IMG/VR virus record: IMGVR_UViG_3300032257_000065
Location: 1-35,867 of that record
Source of the DNA: a virus
Lineage: Duplodnaviria > Caudoviricetes
Reading direction: 5' to 3' (one strand)
DNA: 35,867 nucleotides
Position 1 is the stretch's first letter; every line of letters begins with the position of its first letter. This document shows positions 16,174 to 25,009 of this stretch, piece by piece. The translations under genes were made by a program, and so were the position numbers. Under the pieces are notes generated by a model. That model did no database searches. It saw only the letters and a program-made list of their open reading frames with translations, and was not told where the DNA came from.

Positions 16174-18188
16174 TGGCTACAGATATAGTTATAAACGACC
16201 CTAATGACGAGGATAACAGAATCCACGAGATGAACTCGCCAGAAGACCGTTTAGTGTCTTGGGTGCTACAGACTATTCAACCTTGGATAGACTATAGAGA
16301 TGCTAATTTCAAGGATAAATGGGATGAGTATTATCGCTTATGGCGTGGTATTCATATCGAACAAGATAAGACTCGTAATTCAGAAAGAAGTAAGCTTATT
16401 ACACCTGCATTGCAGCAAGCTATTGAAAGTGGAGTAGCTGAGTTAGAAGAAGCTGTATTTGGTAAAGGTAAATGGTTTGACCTAGACGATGACATGATGG
16501 ATCAAAGTCCAGAAGATATAGGTCATTATCGTAATATGTTACAAGAAGATCTTGAATTCGCTGGCGTTAAAGATGCCATGTCAGAAGTCTTCTTAAATAG
16601 CTCCTTATATGGTACTGGTATTGGTAAGATCATTGTAGAGGATATAGATGTAAGAGACGTTACATCTGTAGACCTAGGTGGTGGTGTACAGGAAGCTGCT
16701 GCATCTGTTGAACAGAAGGTACAGGTTAAATTAATACCTATCAGTCCAGATGAGTTTGCTATAGATCCTGCTGCTAGAACACTCGATGAGGCACTTGGTT
16801 GTGCCCATATAACTGTTGTTCCTAAACATAGTATTATAGGTAAGCAACAGGAAGGTATCTACTTAGGTGGAGATATTGGTTCTTTTACTGATGACCTAGA
16901 TCTTAACCCTAAAGGTGAGAGTAAGAGTCCACTATCCCTAGATTCTACTAAAGTTGTAGAGTATCATGGACTAGTACCTGCTAACCTTATGCCTACTTAT
17001 GTAGGTGAAGGTGAAGAGTTTGTAGACCTTACTAGTGATGATACTGATTACGAAGCTGATACGATTGAATTTGTAGAAGCTATTATAACTATTGCTAATG
17101 ATGATGTATTACTCAAAGCTGTAGAGAATCCTCATTTGATGAAGGATCGTAGCTTTATTGCATATCAACATGATACGGTTCCTAATCGTTTCTGGGGACG
17201 TGGTATAGCTGAGAAAGGGTATAACCCTCAGAAGGCTTTAGACGCAGAACTACGAGCACGTATAGACGCTATGGCGTTGACTGTACATCCTATGATGGGA
17301 GTAGATGCAACTCGCATCCCTCGTGGTGGTAGCTTCGTAGTAGAACCCGGAAAGAATGTTTACACTAACGGTGATCCTAATACTGTTTTACGTCCATTTA
17401 ACTTTGGTCAAGTAAACCCTAATACATTCCATCAATCAGGTGACCTAGAACGTATGGTTCAGATGGCTACTGGTAGTATGGACAGTGCTGCACCTGTAGG
17501 TGTATCTCCTCGTAATAATACTGCTTCTGGTATGAGTATGATGCTTTCAGGTAGTATTAAACGTAGTAAGAGGACACTTGCTAATATCGAGCGTAAGTTC
17601 ATCACAGCACTATTGAATAAGACTGCATGGAGATATATGCAGTTAGATCCAGACAGATACCCTGTAATGGATATCAAATTTAAAGTATATAGTACTCTTG
17701 GTATTATGGCACGAGAGGTAGAACAGCAGCAACTTACTGGGTTGTTAAATACTGTTCCACCAGACAGTCCTACATACTGGATACTGATACGTAGCATCTA
17801 TGAGAACTCTAGCATTACCGATAAGGATAAAATGATAGTAGTTATTGATCAGATGTTACAACAATCCTTGCAACCTCAACCTGATCCTGCAGCGCAAATG
17901 GCTCAAGTTAAGGCTCAAGAGGTTCAAATGAAGGCTCAAGCTGATAGCGAGAGTCGTAAGATTGAATTCATGAGAGCAAGAACCGAGATGGCTCGTGTTA
18001 TGATAGAGCAAGAGAAGGTAGCAGATCAGCGAGTTAAGCTCGAAACTGAAGCTATTCTTAATCTAGCAAAAGCAGAGTCAGAAGAGATAGGTAATCAGCT
18101 GAATATCTATCAAAGTAAAGTTGACGCTATGGCAACGAAAGCACAATCAACAACAGAGGTAACAGATGGATCAGGCACAACAGATTAA
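16173..18188 (+). CDS. portal protein (P22-like, with C-terminal coiled coil)
   Basis: 671 aa after TerL; LYGTGIGK, DPAA, FWGRGIAE, TASGMSM; Q/E-rich helical tail. Confidence 0.92.
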   Translation: MATDIVINDPNDEDNRIHEMNSPEDRLVSWVLQTIQPWIDYRDANFKDKWDEYYRLWRGIHIEQDKTRNSERSKLITPALQQAIESGVAELEEAVFGKGKWFDLDDDMMDQSPEDIGHYRNMLQEDLEFAGVKDAMSEVFLNSSLYGTGIGKIIVEDIDVRDVTSVDLGGGVQEAAASVEQKVQVKLIPISPDEFAIDPAARTLDEALGCAHITVVPKHSIIGKQQEGIYLGGDIGSFTDDLDLNPKGESKSPLSLDSTKVVEYHGLVPANLMPTYVGEGEEFVDLTSDDTDYEADTIEFVEAIITIANDDVLLKAVENPHLMKDRSFIAYQHDTVPNRFWGRGIAEKGYNPQKALDAELRARIDAMALTVHPMMGVDATRIPRGGSFVVEPGKNVYTNGDPNTVLRPFNFGQVNPNTFHQSGDLERMVQMATGSMDSAAPVGVSPRNNTASGMSMMLSGSIKRSKRTLANIERKFITALLNKTAWRYMQLDPDRYPVMDIKFKVYSTLGIMAREVEQQQLTGLLNTVPPDSPTYWILIRSIYENSSITDKDKMIVVIDQMLQQSLQPQPDPAAQMAQVKAQEVQMKAQADSESRKIEFMRARTEMARVMIEQEKVADQRVKLETEAILNLAKAESEEIGNQLNIYQSKVDAMATKAQSTTEVTDGSGTTD

Positions 18189-18432
18189 AGATTTAGAAAA
18201 ACTATCAGAGATGTTTAACGGAGAAGGTTGGGGTCTCTTACAGAAAGATTTTGAATTACTACTTAAGGTAGCTCAAGAGTCATCTGACACAGAGTGTGAG
18301 ACAAATGACAAATGGCAATTTAGACGTGGTAATATTCAAACACTGAGGTATATAACAAACCTCGCACAAATAACTCGAAATCAGTTAGATGAATTAACTG
18401 ACGAGTCAACTAACGATACAATAGATTCCTAA
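18166..18432 (+). CDS. small helical protein between portal and scaffold
   Basis: GAGG RBS; typical podovirus position. Confidence 0.8.
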   Translation: MDQAQQIKDLEKLSEMFNGEGWGLLQKDFELLLKVAQESSDTECETNDKWQFRRGNIQTLRYITNLAQITRNQLDELTDESTNDTIDS

Positions 18433-18452
18433 ACCTATAAGGCGGAAAATAA

Positions 18453-19271
18453 ATGAGTAATGATACAATCGTAGTCGAGCAGACTACTTTAACTGATAAC
18501 GAAGAACTGGTCAACCTAGATGATGTTGTAATAGATGAAACTAGAGAGACCCCTAAAGAACTAGAGAAAGAAGTTGTTAATGCTTCATCTTTACCTGAGA
18601 AATTCCAAGGTAAGAGTGTAGAAGAAGTAGCTGAAGTTTATAGTAATTTAGAGAAAGAGTTTGGTCGTAAGAATAATGAGCTAGGCGAGCAGCGTAAGCT
18701 TATTGATCAGTTACTGGAGCTTAAACTCGAAGAGAAGAGCACACCTAATGATAAGCAGAATGCCCAGAAGGTAGATGTAGACTCTCTATTAGATGACCCA
18801 GACAGAGTAATCTCTGATGCTGTGGCTAATAATCCTGTCTTGAAAGAGATGCAAGAAAATTTAGTGTTAAGTAAAAGAGAAGCTGAATTAAAAGGCTTTG
18901 AAGGCGTACATCCAGATTGGCAAACAGTTATACAGACTGATGAATTTGCTAAATGGATTAAAGAAAGTCCTGTTCGTGAACAGTTATTTAATGACGCGAA
19001 TCAGAACTACAAGTACGACGTAGCTACTGAACTCTTTACCTTGTATAAAGGTGTTCAAGGTACCGTAGTCGAAGAGGCTAAGGAAATTAGAAAGAAGAAT
19101 GCCAAACAGGTTATGAATAATGCTGCTACTGAGAAGGGAACACAGACTGCCTCTACTCAAAAGATCTATAGTAGAGCACAGTTAATGAACTTTCGTTTAA
19201 GAGACCCTGAAGGATATAGAGCTAGGGAACAAGAGTTCTACCAAGCCTATGCCGAAGGTCGAGTACGTTAA
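18453..19271 (+). CDS. capsid scaffolding protein
   Basis: Acidic helical protein, LPEKFQGKS.EE....Y.NLEK, ends AYAEGRVR; precedes the capsid gene. Confidence 0.88.
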   Translation: MSNDTIVVEQTTLTDNEELVNLDDVVIDETRETPKELEKEVVNASSLPEKFQGKSVEEVAEVYSNLEKEFGRKNNELGEQRKLIDQLLELKLEEKSTPNDKQNAQKVDVDSLLDDPDRVISDAVANNPVLKEMQENLVLSKREAELKGFEGVHPDWQTVIQTDEFAKWIKESPVREQLFNDANQNYKYDVATELFTLYKGVQGTVVEEAKEIRKKNAKQVMNNAATEKGTQTASTQKIYSRAQLMNFRLRDPEGYRAREQEFYQAYAEGRVR

Positions 19272-19297
19272 TTATATAACTTTATAGGTAAATAAAA

Positions 19298-20236
19298 ATG
19301 GCTTTAGGTACTAACCATCTATCGAATCAGGCGACTTCGGTACAGGAGTTCATCCCAGAACTTTGGTCAGATGACATAATCGCCTCATATAAACAGAACT
19401 TGGTTCTAGCTAACTTAGTAAGCAAGATTAATCACAAAGGTAAGAAAGGTGATACAATTCACATTCCTAAACCTACTCGTGGTTCTGCTAATTCTAAGGT
19501 TGTTGGCTCACCAGTTACCCTTAATGAGAATAACTCAAGCGAACTGACAGTTGTTCTAGATAAACATTATGAATACTCGTTCGTAATTGAAGACATCATC
19601 GCGATTCAAGCTTTAGATTCTTTGAGACGTTTCCAAACTGATGACGCTGGCTATGCTCTAGCTTCACAAGTTGATGACGACTTATGGACTTTAGCTGCTG
19701 CGTTGCAGGGTGGTACATCTTACTCTGCTGCTGTAATCGGTGGTGACGGTGTGACAGTATGGGACGGTTCTGCTAATACCAACACTGGTAATGGTACTAC
19801 TCTGACTGATGCTGGTATCCGTGAGATGTCTCAATTGTTAGACGATGCCAATGTGCCGATGCAAGGTCGTGTACTGGTTATCCCACCTGTCGAGAAGAAT
19901 ACCCTTCTGGGTCTTGCTCGATTCACTGAACAAGCATTTGTTGGTGAAGTAGGTGCAGGTAATAGCATCCGTAATGGTAAGATTGGTGACATCTATGGTA
20001 TGGAAGTTTATGTTTCTACAAACTGCCCAACTGTAGCTGCTGACGATACTACTACTAACTATCGGGTTGGTATGATGTTCCATAAGGATGCCTTTGTTCT
20101 TGCTGAACAGATGGGTGTTCGTACACAGTCTACTTATGTACAGGAGTACTTAGGTGATCTGTTTACATCAGATATGATTTATGGTATTGCAGAGCTGCGT
20201 GATGACGCAGGTGTTGCATTCTTCGTACCACAATAA
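19298..20236 (+). CDS. major capsid protein
   Basis: FIPELWS, KGDTIHIP, AGYALA..VD, G.IYG.EVYVS.N.P, D.IYG..ELR; followed by a hairpin. Confidence 0.93.
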   Translation: MALGTNHLSNQATSVQEFIPELWSDDIIASYKQNLVLANLVSKINHKGKKGDTIHIPKPTRGSANSKVVGSPVTLNENNSSELTVVLDKHYEYSFVIEDIIAIQALDSLRRFQTDDAGYALASQVDDDLWTLAAALQGGTSYSAAVIGGDGVTVWDGSANTNTGNGTTLTDAGIREMSQLLDDANVPMQGRVLVIPPVEKNTLLGLARFTEQAFVGEVGAGNSIRNGKIGDIYGMEVYVSTNCPTVAADDTTTNYRVGMMFHKDAFVLAEQMGVRTQSTYVQEYLGDLFTSDMIYGIAELRDDAGVAFFVPQ

Positions 20237-20244
20237 TCTATATA

Positions 20245-20270
20245 GGGGCAAGGATGCCCCGCCTTTTTCT
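20245..20270 (+). terminator. hairpin after the capsid gene (probable partial terminator) with ARGGAU loop
   Basis: GGGGC-AAGGAT-GCCCC followed by GCCTTTTTCT. Confidence 0.65.
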
Positions 20271-20289
20271 TGTACTCTAAGGGTATACA

Positions 20290-20934
20290 ATGACATATAT
20301 ACAACTAGTAAATAAAGTACTCTTACGTTTAAGAGAGGCACAAGTATCTACCGTAGCTGAGACTGAATACTCTGCGCTTATTGGTGAATTTATCAATGAG
20401 GCCAAGAAGGAGATCGAGGATGCTTATGATTGGATACAATTAAGAACTACATTACAAATTACAACTGCTGCTGATGACTTTAGATATACACTCACAGGGG
20501 CAGGTGACAGATATAAAATACTACAGATTATAAACGATACCAAAGAGGTAGGTGTTTATAAAGCTGATTACAAGTTTATGAATACGGTTCTAACAGCTAA
20601 TGGTGTCTCAACAGGTACTCCTACCTATTATGACATTAATGGCAGTACAGGGGGTGATCCTGATATCGACCTCTATCCGGTTCCGGACGGGGTGTATGTT
20701 CTATACTTCAACATGATTATACCACAGGATGACCTGTCAGCAGAAGATGATATTATAACTATCTCTCACTGGCCTGTCATCCTAGGGGCGTATATGAAAG
20801 CTCTTGGTGAAAGAGGTGAAGAGGGGACTACTTCTTATCAGACTGCTGCTAAAGCGTATTTCGATGCACTAGCAAGAGCTATTGATTTAGGCTCTGCTGA
20901 CTCTCCTAGTGAGAATGTTTGGACGGTAGGTTAA
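20290..20934 (+). CDS. head-tail adaptor (tail tubular protein A-like)
   Basis: MTY.QLVN.VL.RLRE, F.NEAK.EIE...DW, GTP.YY, LYPVPD; position after MCP. Confidence 0.82.
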   Translation: MTYIQLVNKVLLRLREAQVSTVAETEYSALIGEFINEAKKEIEDAYDWIQLRTTLQITTAADDFRYTLTGAGDRYKILQIINDTKEVGVYKADYKFMNTVLTANGVSTGTPTYYDINGSTGGDPDIDLYPVPDGVYVLYFNMIIPQDDLSAEDDIITISHWPVILGAYMKALGERGEEGTTSYQTAAKAYFDALARAIDLGSADSPSENVWTVG

Positions 20935-22628
20935 TGCCAAGTCAATTAGTAGATTACTCTATACAAGCACCGGGATTCTTAGGACTCAATAAGCAGAACT
21001 CAGGGGATATACTTCCTGAAGGTTGGGCTACTGAGGCTAAGAACTTCGTACTTGATGATGTAGGCCGTTTAGCTGCCCGTAAAGGTACTAAGAGAGTTAA
21101 CTCTACAGCTATTGCTACGTCTCCTGTAGTAGAAGTAATACATGAATATATAGATGATGCTGGTAATACAGAGATAATCTTAACTGCAGGCAATGCAATC
21201 TACTCCTCTAGTGGAGCAACTCTTACAGATATTTCTAGTGGCTTAACTATTACAGATAACCATTGGAAGTTTGTAAACTTTAATGGCAATTGTATAGGTT
21301 TCCAAGACTTACATGAACCTATCATATACACAGGTAGTGGCAACTTTACACTTCTTATAGAAGAGCATACTGATTGGGCTATTAATACTTCCTACTCTGT
21401 AGGGGATCTACGTATTCCTGCTGCAGCTACAGACTTCTACCTATACTGCAGTACAGCAGGTCTTTCAGGTGGAGCAGAGCCTACTTGGAATACTACAGAA
21501 GGTGCCAGCACTACAGACAATACTGCTACATGGACTACGCATAAGATTCCTAACGGTAATGAAGCTATTGCTGCAGGCGGTAGACTATGGGTTATAGACG
21601 GTACTACACTAAGTTATAGTCAAACTCTTATCCCTCACTACTGGGACACTACTGATACTATTAATCAGTTTGATCTTAAGACTGTATGGCGTAATGGTAT
21701 GGACGTAGGTGTAGGTCTTGCTGAGTTTAATGGACACCTCTGTATATTAGGTAAGAAGACAATTACAGTCTATCAAGGTTTCACTGATGTAGATACCATG
21801 TCTCTGGTAGAGAATATAGCAGGTATTGGTTGCCTTGGTAGAGATACAATACAAGATATTGGTACAGATATTCTCTTTCTTTCAACATCAGGGGTACGTT
21901 CTCTAGGTAGGACTATTCAAGAGAAGAGTATGCCTGTAAGAGATATCAGTAAGAATGTTAGACACTATTTATTAGAGACTGCATTCTCAGAAACTGCAGC
22001 TAATATTAAAAGTGTATACTCTGAGAAAGATGGTATGTATTTACTTACTTTCCCGACTAAGACTAAGGTGTTTTACTTTGATGTACGTCAGCCACAACAA
22101 GACGGATCACTTAAAGCTACTGAGTGGGAGACAGTACATAATAGCTATGCATACACACTTAGTGGTGATGTATATGTAGGTACCGCAGGGTACTTGAATC
22201 AATATACTGGATTTTTAGATGATAAGAACTCTGATGCTACAGGTGGTACATCTTATGATGTTCTATTTGAATCAGGTTGGTCAGACTTCGGAGAGGAAGC
22301 TTCTAGTTTAAATAAGATCCCTAAGAGAATGTCTATCACTGCATATGGTGGTCAAGGTAAGACTTTCTTATTTAAGTGGGCATTTGATTATTCGGAGTCA
22401 TTTACTTCTTCTAATATCACAGCAGAGTCTGGTACACTAGCTGAGTACGGTATATCGGAATACGGTATAGCTGAGTGGTCAGGTGGTTTAGATTTTAATA
22501 ACCTAAAAAGAAATATGTCACGTAATGGACGAGTCATGAAGACAGGTATGAGTGTCACGATTGATGGAAGGTCTATTGCACTACAACGATTAAGCGTTCA
22601 AGCTAAACTAGGTAAGATGGTACTATGA
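20934..22628 (+). CDS. tail nozzle / DNA stabilisation protein (tubular protein B / P22 gp10-like)
   Basis: TAATG-coupled start at 20934; APGF.GLN, G.L..RKG, GIGC..RDTIQ..G.D..FLS..GVRSL; beta-rich. Confidence 0.82.
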   Translation: MPSQLVDYSIQAPGFLGLNKQNSGDILPEGWATEAKNFVLDDVGRLAARKGTKRVNSTAIATSPVVEVIHEYIDDAGNTEIILTAGNAIYSSSGATLTDISSGLTITDNHWKFVNFNGNCIGFQDLHEPIIYTGSGNFTLLIEEHTDWAINTSYSVGDLRIPAAATDFYLYCSTAGLSGGAEPTWNTTEGASTTDNTATWTTHKIPNGNEAIAAGGRLWVIDGTTLSYSQTLIPHYWDTTDTINQFDLKTVWRNGMDVGVGLAEFNGHLCILGKKTITVYQGFTDVDTMSLVENIAGIGCLGRDTIQDIGTDILFLSTSGVRSLGRTIQEKSMPVRDISKNVRHYLLETAFSETAANIKSVYSEKDGMYLLTFPTKTKVFYFDVRQPQQDGSLKATEWETVHNSYAYTLSGDVYVGTAGYLNQYTGFLDDKNSDATGGTSYDVLFESGWSDFGEEASSLNKIPKRMSITAYGGQGKTFLFKWAFDYSESFTSSNITAESGTLAEYGISEYGIAEWSGGLDFNNLKRNMSRNGRVMKTGMSVTIDGRSIALQRLSVQAKLGKMVL

Positions 22629-23413
22629 GTGATTATTCAAAGACTACTGATTTCTCGACTAAAGATGCTCTAGTTACCGGAGATCCTAATAAGATCGTAT
22701 CTGGTACAGAACATGACGATGAATATAACAATATAGCTACTGCTGTAGCTACTAAGACTAATAAGAAGCTACCTGCTACTACTAATAATCTAGCAACACT
22801 AGACGCTACTGGTGACTTAGGTGACTCTGGTTTCTACTTTAGTGGGGCAGGTGGTACGGTAACGGCTACTGCTGCAGAGTTAAATAAAACTAATACTACT
22901 GCCTCTCAGGGAGACCTAGACGCAATAACTAATTTCGAAGAGACTTTATCAGCTACTACGTCTGAAGTATCTATACTGACTACTAAGACTTTAAACATAG
23001 TAGACGATGGTGCTCTAGAGATTGCAGGAACAGCAATTACAGCTACTGCTGCGGAGCTTAACACAGCATGTGATGGTATTACAGCTACTGCTGCGGAGCT
23101 TAACACAGCATGTGATGGTATTACAGCTACTGCTGCAGAGATAAATAGAGTGTGTGATGGTTCCTTGTCAGGATCTAGATCTTATGACTTACCTAATATA
23201 TCATCTGTTGCAGGACACGCTACTTTTACTATATCAGTATCAGGGGCTACGTTAGGTGATTTCTCACTTGTATCTGCTAATATTAGCCTACAAGGATTGA
23301 ATGTTACATCGTATGTCTCTGCTGCCGGTACTGTAACAGTAGTAGTATATAACCATACAGGTTCTGATGTGAATCTTGCGTCTACTACTTGGAATGCTAA
23401 GGTATTGACATGA
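22625..23413 (+). CDS. tail fibre/needle-like virion protein
   Basis: N-terminal YSKTTDF..KD.L..GDPNKIV.G.E.D.E; ITATAAELN repeats. Confidence 0.75.
   Translation: MSDYSKTTDFSTKDALVTGDPNKIVSGTEHDDEYNNIATAVATKTNKKLPATTNNLATLDATGDLGDSGFYFSGAGGTVTATAAELNKTNTTASQGDLDAITNFEETLSATTSEVSILTTKTLNIVDDGALEIAGTAITATAAELNTACDGITATAAELNTACDGITATAAEINRVCDGSLSGSRSYDLPNISSVAGHATFTISVSGATLGDFSLVSANISLQGLNVTSYVSAAGTVTVVVYNHTGSDVNLASTTWNAKVLT
23036..23161 (+). repeat. 42-bp in-frame tandem repeat x3 (ITATAAELNTACDG)
   Basis: Units 23036-23077 and 23078-23119 are identical; 23120-23161 is diverged. Confidence 0.95.
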
Positions 23414-23450
23414 TAATTAATAGAAACAGACTTGAAGAGGTTGAACGATA

Positions 23451-24104
23451 ATGCCAGCTTTAGATTTTGTAGGTGACTTACTAGGTATTGGAGGTGATGT
23501 ACCTCAAGCTGAGTTTAGCCCCTACGGTATAACTTCAGGTGTCGGTACCTCCTCTTTTGCAGACGGTACTGGTACTTTCGAACTAAGCCCTGAACTACAA
23601 GGGATATATGATCAACTATTAGGTAGTGGTTCACAGCAATTACAAGCCGCTCAAGAATATGACCCATATGCAGCAGCAGAAGGCTTATTCGGTAGACTAG
23701 ACCAGATACTAGCTCCCGGTAGAGAACAAGGGAGACAAGGCCTAGAATCTAGACTTCTTAATCAAGGTCGCTTAGGCAGTACAGGTGGAGCCTTCCAACA
23801 GCAGGGCTTTGAATCAGCTATCGAAGCAGAGAGAGCTAGACAGCTTAATCAGGCTTTTGGTACAGCTCAAGGTGTACAAGACTCTATGTTTAATAGAGGT
23901 ATGGCTGGAATACAAGGTGCTCTAGGTATCCAAGGCGCTGGTATGAATCAATTAAATCTAGGCCTACAAGCCGGACAAGGTTCCTTACAAGCAGGTATGT
24001 TTAACATTGGTAATCAGATACAACAAGATCAACTGCTACCTAGTTTAATAACTGGATTAGGCCAAGGTGCATTAACTGGTTGGGCTTCAGGAGGGTTTAA
24101 GTAA
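23451..24104 (+). CDS. internal virion (ejection/pilot) protein
   Basis: G/Q/A-rich, RLLNQGRLGSTGG; position after the tail genes. Confidence 0.72.
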   Translation: MPALDFVGDLLGIGGDVPQAEFSPYGITSGVGTSSFADGTGTFELSPELQGIYDQLLGSGSQQLQAAQEYDPYAAAEGLFGRLDQILAPGREQGRQGLESRLLNQGRLGSTGGAFQQQGFESAIEAERARQLNQAFGTAQGVQDSMFNRGMAGIQGALGIQGAGMNQLNLGLQAGQGSLQAGMFNIGNQIQQDQLLPSLITGLGQGALTGWASGGFK

Positions 24105-25009
24105 TGAGCGAGAGAGCTAATACTTTATTTGGCTTCGAGACTCCTGAGCAGGTACGAGAAAGAATAGGACGTACCTATCAAGAAGGTCGTAATAAACTAT
24201 ACCAGCAAGCCTTACAGTCTGGTCAAGGTGGCCTAGCTAATAGGTTAGGTGGCTTAGGTCAAACTATAGGTCTTGCACTTAGTGGTCTTGGTGGTGATAA
24301 AGAGATCAATACAGAAGAGACCCGTATGGCTGAACAGAGACAGAAGATTATATCTGGTCTTGATGGTGAACCTACGACTGCTGAATACTACTCTAAGGCT
24401 ATGAAAGCATTTATGGATGCCGGTGATATGGCTGGTGCTAAGGATGCGCTTGGTAATTTTGTTAAGTTGACTACTATTGAGAGTGCTAAGGGTAAAGAAG
24501 AAGATAAAGGTCTTAAGACTACTATCACTATGGTACCTACTGGCGATGGAACTGATACTCAAAGAATGGCAGTCACTACTGATAGGAAAGGTAATGTAGT
24601 TAATCAGGTACCACTAGGTGGTATTAAAGAAGATAAGCCCCCAGTAACCCGTACACCTAAAATTACTAAAGGTGATAGAGAGGGTACTCTTGCTCAAGCT
24701 AGAAATATCTATAAACATATGGATTTTTCTGCTGAATATAATCCAGAAGATCATGATGCTTTCTTAGATATTATAACAGGTGAAGTGAATAGAAGGGCGG
24801 AAGAATTAAGAGTTCAAGGAGAACCAGTAAGTAAGGCTAAGTTGACTAGGGAAGTACTAAGGATGGCTGAGAAAGAAGGGGTAATTACTAAGGATGAAGG
24901 GTTCTTCGATACAGAGCCTAAGATAGATCAAAGTAAATTAGACGTTATGTTCGGTATTAAAAAAGCTGAAGATAAAGGCGAGTGGACAATTGAGGAAGTT
25001 AAAGACTAA
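24104..25009 (+). CDS. internal virion protein
   Basis: TAATG coupling on both sides; Gly-rich N-terminus. Confidence 0.68.
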   Translation: MSERANTLFGFETPEQVRERIGRTYQEGRNKLYQQALQSGQGGLANRLGGLGQTIGLALSGLGGDKEINTEETRMAEQRQKIISGLDGEPTTAEYYSKAMKAFMDAGDMAGAKDALGNFVKLTTIESAKGKEEDKGLKTTITMVPTGDGTDTQRMAVTTDRKGNVVNQVPLGGIKEDKPPVTRTPKITKGDREGTLAQARNIYKHMDFSAEYNPEDHDAFLDIITGEVNRRAEELRVQGEPVSKAKLTREVLRMAEKEGVITKDEGFFDTEPKIDQSKLDVMFGIKKAEDKGEWTIEEVKD

